Shown: positions 1 to 9,004 of the stretch, piece after piece
Layout of the letters: every line of letters begins with the position of its first letter
Position numbering within the stretch: position 1 is the stretch's first letter
Virus record (IMG/VR): IMGVR_UViG_3300021399_000001
Location: 69,905 to 133,904 of that record
DNA from: a virus
Taxonomy: Duplodnaviria; Heunggongvirae; Uroviricota; Caudoviricetes
DNA length: 64,000 bases
Strand: one strand, 5' to 3'
Translations under genes and position numbers: made by a program
The notes under the pieces: model-generated
What the model saw: the letters and a program-made list of their open reading frames with translations, nothing else
What the model was told of the DNA's origin: nothing
Database searches by the model: none

Positions 1-2685
1 TTCTATCAAAATCCACAATTTGTTGATGAAGAACTTGTGAATGGAGATGAGGTTGATTCTTATTATGCGGGTTTTTCTTTACCAGTTTGCGAAATTAGAG
101 AAACTGCGGATAATTATTTAGTTTCACCTGATGCCCCGACCGCTACGCTTACTCCAGAACAGTTGGATATTATTACTGGCGCGATTAGTAGTTTAAATGA
201 AGCTATTGAAAAAACGCAAAGTAATGTAGAGCATTATCCTATTGTGCGGAATGAGGTATGGTATACTTGGGATGCGGAAACACAAGACTACGTGAGCACA
301 GGTGTGCGCGCAAATGGTATTGTAGGGCCAGCAGGAACAGGTATTTCTTCCGTGGTTTTGAATGATGATTATACTTTAACTTTGAATTTAACCGATGGCA
401 CTTCCTTTACTTCTACTAGTATTCGTGGTGAAGTAGGTAATGGAATTGACGATATCGTTTTGAATAATGATTATACTTTAACTATTAGATATACTGATGG
501 AGAAGTTTATACTACTCCGTCTATTCGTGGCGCTGTAGGTGCTACACCACAATTTAGTATTGGAACAGTACAAGATGGGGCTGTTGCCGCTGCAACAATT
601 ACAGGCACCGCAGAAAATCCTGTTCTAAATTTGACGCTACCAAACGCGCATGTTCCAACTAGAGTTAGTCAGTTAGAAAATGACGCAAATTACGCGGTTG
701 ACGCTAATTACATTCATACTGATAATAACTATACTACTGCGGAGAAAGAAAAGTTAAATGGTATCGCGGCCGGCGCAGAAGTGAATGTAAATGCGGATTG
801 GAACGCAACTAGTGGTGATGCCCAAATTTTGAATAAACCCACAAATGTTTCAGCCTTTGAAAATGACGCTGGCTATCTCACTACTGAAACCGACCCAACT
901 GTTCCCGCGTGGGCTAAAGCCGCGCAAAAGCCTTCATATACGGCTGAAGAGGTTGGCGCTCCTACTGTCGCAGAAATGAATACTGCGATTGGAGAAGCGA
1001 TTAGCCATATTAATTCTTTTGATCTCGCGGTAGTTCAAGCATTACCAACACAAAATATTAGCACACATACTATCTATTTAGTTCCTAAAACTGGCGAAAC
1101 TAACGATGTATATGATGAGTATGTGTATATTAATAATGATTGGGAAATGATTGGTAATACTCAAATTGATTTAAGTAATTATGCGACAAAAGATGAATTA
1201 CCTGATGTTCCAGTACAGGACGTGCAGGTTGATGGAACGAGTATATTACAAGAAGGCGTTGCTAATGTGCCAATCGCGACTTCACTCGTGCCTGGCGTAG
1301 CAATTTTTGGTTCACAAAATGGCATTCAAGTAAGTAGTAAACAAGCTATGATTGTAGCAGCAAGTACAAATGATATTAAATTGGGGGGACACTCAAGAAA
1401 ACCGATTGTTCCATCAATGCAACATTATTCTGTATTTTGGGGTTTGGCAAAAGCTGCCGGCGATACCACGCAGTCGCAGTCCAATAATGATGCAGGCCAA
1501 TACACCGACGAAGCAAAAACCGCAATTCAAACTATGCTTGATGTTCCTGCGAAAAGCGATATACCTGATGTACCTGTGCAGGATATTAAAGTTAATGGCA
1601 CTTCAATATTAGATAATGGAATGGCAAATATACCTATAGCGAGCACAAATAATCTTGGTGTTGTTAAAGTTAATATGTCGTATGGTATAGGTATTTTAGA
1701 AGATGGCACTATTGGAATGGTTGCATCTTCAAATAGTACATTAAAACAAGGAATCTCAAATAGTACAGGCATTACTCCTGGTAGACAGCATACGGCTGTT
1801 TTTTATGGCTTAGCGAAAGCCGCCGGCCATGATGAAGCATCTTCTACCGAACCCGTCGGCACCTACACCCCCGAAGCCAAAGGCGCGATTCAATCTATGC
1901 TTGGTGTCTCCGACCTAATCGCAACAGCCGAAAACTCACTTGTTGCGTCAAAGGCGTATGCGGTTGGTGATGTCTTTACTGCGAATGGTAAGTTGTATAA
2001 AGCGACTGCGGCGATTGCGGCAGATGCGGCAATTATTCCCGCGGTTGAAGGTGAGGAGGTTGCGGGTGCGAATTGCGTTGAGACTAGTATTGGTGAGGGA
2101 TTTGTTAAAAAGACGGACTATGCAAATAATAATGATTTTGGTGTAATAAGTATTTTAGCAAATGGAGGACTTACATTAAATAGTCAAAAGAAATTATTTC
2201 TTGATATTGCTAATGAAAGTAATATTAAATCTAGTACAGGTTATTATAGACCGATTACAGCAAATACCAGTCATATTGCTTCATTCTACGGACTCGCCAA
2301 GGCAGCCGGAGATACGACCCAGTCCGCTTCTTCCAATGCAGTTGGCACTTACACCGACAATGCCAAAGCCTCCATCAAAGCAATGCTCGGTATAGTTGAC
2401 GGCTCCACAGGTACGGTAGATGTAAGTGGCGCTGCCCCAACAATAACCGCTGTTGAAAATACACGGTATGTTTGCGGCGAAGTCACTTCTCTTGATTTTA
2501 CACCAGCTGCGAGTGGAGTTTGTATTGTACGATTTACTTCTGGTTCAACTCCAACACTTCTTACTTTGCCTTCTACGGTTAAATTCCCAGAATGGTTTGA
2601 TTCAACAGCACTGGAAACTAACACAATCTATGAAATGTGTATTACCGATGGTATCTATGGGGCGGTGATGTCATGGGCGTTGTAA
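1..2685 (+). CDS. tail fibre protein, probably 5'-truncated (first ATG at 37; frame is open to the window edge)
   Basis: 882-aa ORF with no RBS before ATG-37. Carries 3 copies of a ~40-aa FYGLAKAAGDTTQS...GTYT.EAK.AI..MLG repeat and a duplicated IPDVPVQD..V.GTSIL..G.ANVPIA motif. C-terminal 120 aa are paralogous to the C-terminus of the 19964-21994 protein. Confidence 0.7.
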   Translation, partial: FYQNPQFVDEELVNGDEVDSYYAGFSLPVCEIRETADNYLVSPDAPTATLTPEQLDIITGAISSLNEAIEKTQSNVEHYPIVRNEVWYTWDAETQDYVSTGVRANGIVGPAGTGISSVVLNDDYTLTLNLTDGTSFTSTSIRGEVGNGIDDIVLNNDYTLTIRYTDGEVYTTPSIRGAVGATPQFSIGTVQDGAVAAATITGTAENPVLNLTLPNAHVPTRVSQLENDANYAVDANYIHTDNNYTTAEKEKLNGIAAGAEVNVNADWNATSGDAQILNKPTNVSAFENDAGYLTTETDPTVPAWAKAAQKPSYTAEEVGAPTVAEMNTAIGEAISHINSFDLAVVQALPTQNISTHTIYLVPKTGETNDVYDEYVYINNDWEMIGNTQIDLSNYATKDELPDVPVQDVQVDGTSILQEGVANVPIATSLVPGVAIFGSQNGIQVSSKQAMIVAASTNDIKLGGHSRKPIVPSMQHYSVFWGLAKAAGDTTQSQSNNDAGQYTDEAKTAIQTMLDVPAKSDIPDVPVQDIKVNGTSILDNGMANIPIASTNNLGVVKVNMSYGIGILEDGTIGMVASSNSTLKQGISNSTGITPGRQHTAVFYGLAKAAGHDEASSTEPVGTYTPEAKGAIQSMLGVSDLIATAENSLVASKAYAVGDVFTANGKLYKATAAIAADAAIIPAVEGEEVAGANCVETSIGEGFVKKTDYANNNDFGVISILANGGLTLNSQKKLFLDIANESNIKSSTGYYRPITANTSHIASFYGLAKAAGDTTQSASSNAVGTYTDNAKASIKAMLGIVDGSTGTVDVSGAAPTITAVENTRYVCGEVTSLDFTPAASGVCIVRFTSGSTPTLLTLPSTVKFPEWFDSTALETNTIYEMCITDGIYGAVMSWAL

Positions 2686-5600
2686 AATATACGGGGCCTG
2701 TGGCATCATTCCATTGCCCTACTAATGCGGAAATTAGAAGTTTGAAGGTTCATTTTAGTCCGAAGCAGTTGGGCGAAGGTACACCCAGTCCGGAGAATGT
2801 GAGGGAGATTGAGGGATGGGATGAGATTACAGTACAACATCATGATGATATTTATGGCGTCCCATCCGAGTATCAAAGAGTTGAATATATTAGAATAAAA
2901 ACTAATTCATATTTTGATTCTGGTTATGTACCAACCATTGCGCCAAAAATTATTACAAAAATAGAAATAATGACAAGTACGGATGCCGATTTATTTGGCT
3001 TTGCTAACAATATTGCGCCATCTTTTATTGTAAATCCTACTAATTATGGCACTTTTTGGTATGAAAGATGGGGATCGACTAATTACACAATAATAATTAA
3101 ACAGATTTTTAAACCCACAATTTGTGAGTTTGGACAAAATCAAATAATTGATGACACATTGCTTAAAACTTTTCCAAATACAGAATGGTCTACAAATACT
3201 CAAACAATAAGAATAGGTGGAGCAAGAAATACCCATAGTGATATGAAGCTATATTATTGTGATATTTACGATGGAACAAATCTTGTGTGTAGATTTGTAC
3301 CTTGTCGTAGAAAAGTTGATGACACGCTTGGATTATATGATAGTGTAAATGATGTTTTTCTGACAAATCAAGGAAGTGGAGCGCTTGAATGCGGGCCGGA
3401 TGTGGGTGAAACGGTTGAGTATGAATTTGGTGTGTTGGGGAAGAATAAGTTTGATAAAAGTCAAAGTGTAGACGGAAGAATAATGAAATCTAATGGTTCT
3501 AACTATACAGCAGAAAGCGGTTATTATATATCACCGTTTATACCGGTAACTGTTGGTGTATCATATACCAAGAATAGCCCAACGGTTGATGCTTATCATA
3601 GATTTGCTACATATTCATCTGATAATGTTGATTCATTCGTTCGCGTGCTTGATACATCTAATACAATCACAATAGAATCTGGTGAAAACTATATTAGATT
3701 TTGTGGCAAGATTACAGAACTAGATACAGCGCAACTAGAACTAGGCTCCACCACAACATCCTATGAACCCTACGACCCAAATAAAACTGTGTATGGTGGA
3801 TGGATTGATTTAATTAGTGGGGAAGTGTGTGAGGAATATATAGCTAAGGATATGGGCCAAATAAATTGGAATAAATCATCCTCTGGTAATAAATTTTATA
3901 TTACTGGCTTGTCCCCTAATTACCCATGGCAGTCTGATTTAACAATGTATTGCTCGATTTATAAATTTGATGGGACAAATGTCGGTCATAATTGGTATGG
4001 AGATAACTATACAATAAGATACTTTTATCTTCCTAGCGGCAATGTCAGAGAAATTTATATACATGATGAACGATACGATAATGTGCAAGATTTTAAAACC
4101 GCTATGGAAGGAATAAATTTAGTATATAAATTAAATACTCCCAACACCTACCATCTCGCCCCCACCCAACTCCAAACCTTCCTAGGTCAAAACAATGTCT
4201 GGTCCAATGCCGATTATGTTGAAGTAGAATACGACCTATACGAAACCCAAGAAATCCTTAACCGCAAAGCCTTTATTATGGCAAATCAACCTCATTTGGT
4301 TGCGCCGGAAGCTTCACAGTTACAATCTTTTACTACCGATTTGGCGGCGCCGCTAAAGGAGTGTAAAGTTTATTTTAAACCAAAACAAGACTTTAATGGC
4401 TATGATAAACCTTGGCCTGCGGGTGGAGGGAAGAATTTGTTTAATTGGAATGTTGAAGAATCTGTATCTACAACAGGATCTGATGCCTCTACTGCGAGAA
4501 CTTTTATTTTAAATACTTATGTTATTGGAATGGCAGCAAATAATTATTATAGATCAAATTATGAAAACTGGGTATTAAATCCTTCAATTTCAAACGGCAC
4601 TATTAGCTTTAGTAGCGGTACTGCGGGTGGTTATGGTATTGCGTTTCCGTTAAAATTACCCGCAGAACAAATATATTATTTAAGTGGCACAGGTAATGGT
4701 TATGTAAGCGCAACATATTATGATGAAAATGGTAATATGATATCATATCAAAATAATAGATTAAATAATACAATTTCTATACCCGCTAATGCAATTATAA
4801 CATTAATTGGATTCTATGCTTCTACGCCAAATACTTCTTTTATATTTTCTAATATCCAACTCGAAGCAGGTTCAACCGCCACATCTTATGAACCCTATGA
4901 AAATATATGCCCTATTGAGGGATGGGAAGGGTGTGATGTTACTCGCGCAGGTTTAAATATATTTGATATGAATACGTTTGCGAAAAGTTCAGGAAATTAT
5001 TCGGTGCAGGTGACAAATGGTGTTGCTGTTGGAACAGCAACAAGTTTTAATCAATTATTTAGTAAAGATGGTAAATATTTAATTTTTAATAATTTTTTAG
5101 AAAACCGAGTATATATACGAGTTACTGCTTATAATGAAGGGAATAATAACAGTGAACATAAAAATGGGTTACTAGTATGGGTTAGTTACACAACTGGCAC
5201 TAGCGATCACTATTATTTTTATAATGATGATTTAACTGCTACTACTCTTGAATTTTCAACCTCCGCTAATAAAACGATAAATAAAATAGGAGTTTCTTAT
5301 GCTAATGGTGGTGCTAATATTTGGCACATCACTGAGTTTCAAATCACTCCAGTACCAAATATAACTGCCTATTATCCTTACAATGCCGCCACAATCCCAA
5401 TAACCTTCCCCACAGAAGCGGGGACAATTTATGGAGGATATGTGGATTTGGTGAGGGGAGAGGTAGTTGCAACTTCTCAAATGATTACTGTCGATGGTTC
5501 ACAAACTCTTTATGGCCCTTACACTTTTTATAATGGGTCAACTTGTACAAATAGATATATTATAATTACGAACTTGCAAGGTGGATATTCTAGTTCTTAT

Positions 5601-5930
5601 AATACTGACGCTTCTTCTCATTTTAGTAGAGAACTCAGCACAATTTGGGCACATCCTGATAATTCTTCTTGGAAATATACCTATAACAATCAACAACTAC
5701 ATATGGTTTTTGAAAACTCTATAGTAGGTATTACTGAAGAAATGAGTTCTGGAGAAAGAACAGAAAAAATAAAAAACTGGTTAATAGAAAATAAACCGCA
5801 ATTTATATATCCGCTTTTAGCACCAATCCATTACTCAATAACTCCTGAAATATTAAAAACCCTCCGCGGCACCAATAATATATGGTCTTCCGCAAATGAT
5901 AAAATAGAAATCAAATATTGGAAACACTAA
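2673..5930 (+). CDS. large tail / receptor-binding protein (modular)
   Basis: ORF track 2637-5930; start ATG-2673 preferred by analogy with 21979 (GGGGCGGTGATG overlap architecture). Contains LKVHFSPKQLGEGTPSPENVREIEGW and KVYFKPKQ..PWPAGGGKNLFNW modules plus TSYEPY and TIYGGYVDLVRGEVV motifs shared with the 12637 and 21979 proteins. Confidence 0.7.
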   Translation: MGVVKYTGPVASFHCPTNAEIRSLKVHFSPKQLGEGTPSPENVREIEGWDEITVQHHDDIYGVPSEYQRVEYIRIKTNSYFDSGYVPTIAPKIITKIEIMTSTDADLFGFANNIAPSFIVNPTNYGTFWYERWGSTNYTIIIKQIFKPTICEFGQNQIIDDTLLKTFPNTEWSTNTQTIRIGGARNTHSDMKLYYCDIYDGTNLVCRFVPCRRKVDDTLGLYDSVNDVFLTNQGSGALECGPDVGETVEYEFGVLGKNKFDKSQSVDGRIMKSNGSNYTAESGYYISPFIPVTVGVSYTKNSPTVDAYHRFATYSSDNVDSFVRVLDTSNTITIESGENYIRFCGKITELDTAQLELGSTTTSYEPYDPNKTVYGGWIDLISGEVCEEYIAKDMGQINWNKSSSGNKFYITGLSPNYPWQSDLTMYCSIYKFDGTNVGHNWYGDNYTIRYFYLPSGNVREIYIHDERYDNVQDFKTAMEGINLVYKLNTPNTYHLAPTQLQTFLGQNNVWSNADYVEVEYDLYETQEILNRKAFIMANQPHLVAPEASQLQSFTTDLAAPLKECKVYFKPKQDFNGYDKPWPAGGGKNLFNWNVEESVSTTGSDASTARTFILNTYVIGMAANNYYRSNYENWVLNPSISNGTISFSSGTAGGYGIAFPLKLPAEQIYYLSGTGNGYVSATYYDENGNMISYQNNRLNNTISIPANAIITLIGFYASTPNTSFIFSNIQLEAGSTATSYEPYENICPIEGWEGCDVTRAGLNIFDMNTFAKSSGNYSVQVTNGVAVGTATSFNQLFSKDGKYLIFNNFLENRVYIRVTAYNEGNNNSEHKNGLLVWVSYTTGTSDHYYFYNDDLTATTLEFSTSANKTINKIGVSYANGGANIWHITEFQITPVPNITAYYPYNAATIPITFPTEAGTIYGGYVDLVRGEVVATSQMITVDGSQTLYGPYTFYNGSTCTNRYIIITNLQGGYSSSYNTDASSHFSRELSTIWAHPDNSSWKYTYNNQQLHMVFENSIVGITEEMSSGERTEKIKNWLIENKPQFIYPLLAPIHYSITPEILKTLRGTNNIWSSANDKIEIKYWKH

Positions 5931-6002
5931 ATAGAATAATCCAAAACCTTTTATACCACATAAATTATAGTGGGAAACTTCCCACAAAAGGAGGAATTCA
6001 TT

Positions 6003-6293
6003 ATGAATCAATATTATATCATTGAAATCCAACAGTACGATAATGGCGAATATGGTCATATCGTTCATTATGCTTTTGATGAGGATGCTTCTAAAGCACG
6101 TCTAAAGGCCGAATCTAAATATCACGAAGTTCTCGCGGCAGCCGCTATTTCAGAGCTACAATCTCACGCCGCAACACTTCTAACTGCGGACGGTCGCGTA
6201 ATTATGAACCAATGCTACAAGCACGCAATCGCCACTCCTGAACCAGAACCAGAGCCAACTCCAGAAGAAGTGGTAGAAGATGAGAACAATTGA
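6003..6293 (+). CDS. hypothetical protein (acidic, PEPEPEPTPEE tail)
   Basis: ATG preceded by AAGGAGG at 5989-5995; ORF track frame 5970-6293. Confidence 0.5.
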   Translation: MNQYYIIEIQQYDNGEYGHIVHYAFDEDASKARLKAESKYHEVLAAAAISELQSHAATLLTADGRVIMNQCYKHAIATPEPEPEPTPEEVVEDENN

Positions 6294-6849
6294 TTGGAAC
6301 CATGAGCGCAAGCGCACTCGTGATCGTTTAATAGAGTATGATATTTCAATTATGCCGCTATACCCCCATAGTGGGGGCATAGCGGTGCCATATCCACAAG
6401 AAGCAGAAAACATAACAATTACTATTCCTTCCATTATCGCAGAAGCACGACTAAAAGCAATATATCCTTGGGAAAATTATTCCTTAACTATTCTTTCCCA
6501 TCAAATGTATCTTATTGCGCGCGATAGTGGTTTCCCAGGAACAGAAAAACAATTTTTAGAAAAATTCGGTTCGCTTAATACGATAACAGAAAATAATGTT
6601 ATAGTAGGTACTATTAATACCTTTCCAATAGAAGGTGATACAAATGCGCTTTATTTAGACAGGGAAACTGGTATTCTCTATTATTTTAAGGCAACCGAAA
6701 ATACAATTAACGAAGAAATCGCCGCTATAACTGGAGCGGTAATAAAAGGTAAAGAAAATGAAATGACTTTTCTTTATATACCAGTTCGCGCGCTCCTTAT
6801 AGAAGATACGATTCTCAATTGCGGCGATGCGTCAGAATACATTGGCTGA
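6280..6849 (+). CDS. hypothetical protein
   Basis: 189-aa ORF overlapping the previous stop; no recognisable domain. Confidence 0.45.
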   Translation: MRTIDWNHERKRTRDRLIEYDISIMPLYPHSGGIAVPYPQEAENITITIPSIIAEARLKAIYPWENYSLTILSHQMYLIARDSGFPGTEKQFLEKFGSLNTITENNVIVGTINTFPIEGDTNALYLDRETGILYYFKATENTINEEIAAITGAVIKGKENEMTFLYIPVRALLIEDTILNCGDASEYIG

Positions 6850-6872
6850 AATGATGCCAAGGTGGTGGTTTA

Positions 6873-7373
6873 ATGGCAGCTACTGTTAAAACCAGAATAC
6901 AGTTGAAATATGATACTGAAGCCAATTGGAATAAGGCTATAAATTTCGTTCCACTAAAGGGTGAGGTCATCATATATTCAGCTGATGATTCTCACCCTTT
7001 TTGTCGTTTAAAGATAGGGGATGGGATTAATAAGGTAAGAGATTTACCTTTTATTCTTTCTAATAATAGTGTAGTAAATGAAGGATTTGTAGTGCGCGAA
7101 ACATATCAAGATTTTCCCGCAATAGGAAATGTTAACACGTTGTATATGGAAGGCTCTACAAACACTATTTACACTTGGACCAATGCGGGCGGATATGAAG
7201 CAAAATATGGCGTTTTGCCGCAATCAGTAACTACGGTTACAGAATGGGATCCAGGCGAAATGACTAAATTATTAGTAAAGAATAATACAGCAACATTACA
7301 AGTAATTAATGGAACCGAGCCTAGTTTAAGTTTAGATAATGTAACTGTCGCAGCTGGGTTTGGTCTTTTATAA
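6873..7373 (+). CDS. tail fibre-like protein with HylP-type N-terminal motif
   Basis: RBS GGTGGTGG. N-terminus EANWNKAINFVPLKGEVIIY...KIGDGINKVRDLPF matches the conserved N-terminal motif of phage tail fibre / hyaluronidase-like proteins. The same motif is in the 11386 ORF. Confidence 0.55.
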   Translation: MAATVKTRIQLKYDTEANWNKAINFVPLKGEVIIYSADDSHPFCRLKIGDGINKVRDLPFILSNNSVVNEGFVVRETYQDFPAIGNVNTLYMEGSTNTIYTWTNAGGYEAKYGVLPQSVTTVTEWDPGEMTKLLVKNNTATLQVINGTEPSLSLDNVTVAAGFGLL

Positions 7374-7387
7374 GGAGGAAGATATAT

Positions 7388-8671
7388 ATGGCGAGTTATA
7401 TTAGTCAAGTTAGTATTGGTGGAACAATCTACCCAGTTGGTAGTAGCTTATATGGTATTGAAAGTTCAACCTCCGGCGCAGGCAGAGTTATTACGTTAGA
7501 AAATTTTGATACTTTAACTACTGGCGTAACAGTATTTGTAAAATTTACTCGTTCTTGTAATTATTCAGAAGATGTTACTTTAAAAATAGGCGGCACAGCC
7601 GCTAAGCCAATAGCAATACCAGAAATAAATGTAGCAAGTACTAAACCAGAATTATGGGCTGAAAATGAAATTGTAGGTTTTACATATGACGGTACTTCTT
7701 GGGTAATGTTAGGAAAAACAGTATATAGTGATTGGACTTCTGGTGAAGTAACATCTAATAATTTTATTAATTCAGTTTCAACATTAAGTACCGCAGGCAA
7801 AGTAATTTCTTTAGCTGTTTTAGCAAAAGCTATAGATGCTAAAATTAATGCATTAAATGTATCTAGTATTTCTGGTACGGGAGCAGGGAAAACTTTGGCT
7901 TCTTTATCTGAAACTGATGGTAAAATCGCAGCGACTTTTCAAGATATTAGTATTACAAAATCACAAGTAAGTGATCTTGGCACTATAGGGCAAGCCGCAG
8001 AAAAAAATGTAGATACGTTTATTTCTGCTGGTACTACTAGTACTAATTTACCTACTTCTGCTGCGGTAGCGGGATTTGTAGAAGACGCAGTTGCAGGACT
8101 TACTGGCGCTATGCATTTAATTGGTACAACTACTACAGAATTAATTGATGGTGATACAACTGCTTCTGTTACCATAGATGGTCAAACAGTAACGCCACAA
8201 TCAGGTGATGTAGTTCTCTATGCGGGAAAAGAATTTGTATGGGACGGCACAAGTTGGGAGCTATTAGGTGATGAAGGCAGCTATGCCCTTAAAACCTCTA
8301 CAACACAAGTGGGTTCTGCTAGTGGATGGAACGCTGGAAAAGCAACAACTTTAACTAAAACTGATGTTTCAATTCCAAATGTAACATCTGTTGGAACTGC
8401 TCCAACTTTAACAAAATCAGACGTAAGTATTCCTAATATTACAAATGCTGGTAGTGCTACTACGGCATCTGTTGCTTCTGGTACTTTAACTATTACTAAT
8501 GGTTCAGCACCAACACTAGGTACTGCTATCTCTGCTACTCATATTGACTCTTGGAGTGCTGGATCTGCAACTACATTAGGTACTGCAATTTCAGCGACAC
8601 ATATTGATAGTTATACTGCCGGTTCAGCGCCTGCTTTAACTATTACGCCTACAACAGTAGTAAAGCCATAA
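7388..8671 (+). CDS. tail fibre / structural protein
   Basis: RBS AAGGAGGAAG. N-terminus ISQVSIGGTIYPVG..LYGI is paralogous to the 8684 ORF. Ser/Thr/Gly-rich repetitive C-terminus (TLGTAISATHIDS repeated twice). Confidence 0.6.
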   Translation: MASYISQVSIGGTIYPVGSSLYGIESSTSGAGRVITLENFDTLTTGVTVFVKFTRSCNYSEDVTLKIGGTAAKPIAIPEINVASTKPELWAENEIVGFTYDGTSWVMLGKTVYSDWTSGEVTSNNFINSVSTLSTAGKVISLAVLAKAIDAKINALNVSSISGTGAGKTLASLSETDGKIAATFQDISITKSQVSDLGTIGQAAEKNVDTFISAGTTSTNLPTSAAVAGFVEDAVAGLTGAMHLIGTTTTELIDGDTTASVTIDGQTVTPQSGDVVLYAGKEFVWDGTSWELLGDEGSYALKTSTTQVGSASGWNAGKATTLTKTDVSIPNVTSVGTAPTLTKSDVSIPNITNAGSATTASVASGTLTITNGSAPTLGTAISATHIDSWSAGSATTLGTAISATHIDSYTAGSAPALTITPTTVVKP

Positions 8672-8683
8672 GGAGTGATATGA

Positions 8684-9004
8684 ATGGGATATATACGTGA
8701 TGTGGCTATTGGCGGCGAAACTCATTTAATAGAACCCATTCTTTATGGTATTAGTTCAACCGCCGCGGCCACAGCAGCAAAAACTGCTACAATAAATAAT
8801 TTTGAATTAGTTGAGGGAGTAGTTGTGAAAATTTTATTTCAGCATGAAAATAGCGCAGCTACTCCTACGCTAAATATAAGTAATACTGGCGCGAAAAATA
8901 TATCTATGAAAGGTAATTGGAGCGCCGATGATATAATCACCTTTACCTATAATGGCACTAATTGGGTAATGGAAAATAAAGGTATTGAGGTGATTAGATT
9001 ATGA
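8684..9004 (+). CDS. small structural protein, paralogue of the N-terminus of the 7388 protein
   Basis: RBS AAGGAGTGA. Shares VAIGGETH..LYGISS and TFTYNGTNWVM motifs with the 7388 protein. Confidence 0.55.
   Translation: MGYIRDVAIGGETHLIEPILYGISSTAAATAAKTATINNFELVEGVVVKILFQHENSAATPTLNISNTGAKNISMKGNWSADDIITFTYNGTNWVMENKGIEVIRL

Noticed and set aside
1370-2668. Internal small ORFs within the first fibre gene (1370-1612 +, 1527-1772 -, 1940-2146 +, 2201-2395 +, 2349-2624 -, 2453-2668 +)
   Set aside because: They are nested in a long well-supported coding frame, with no RBS and low-complexity products.
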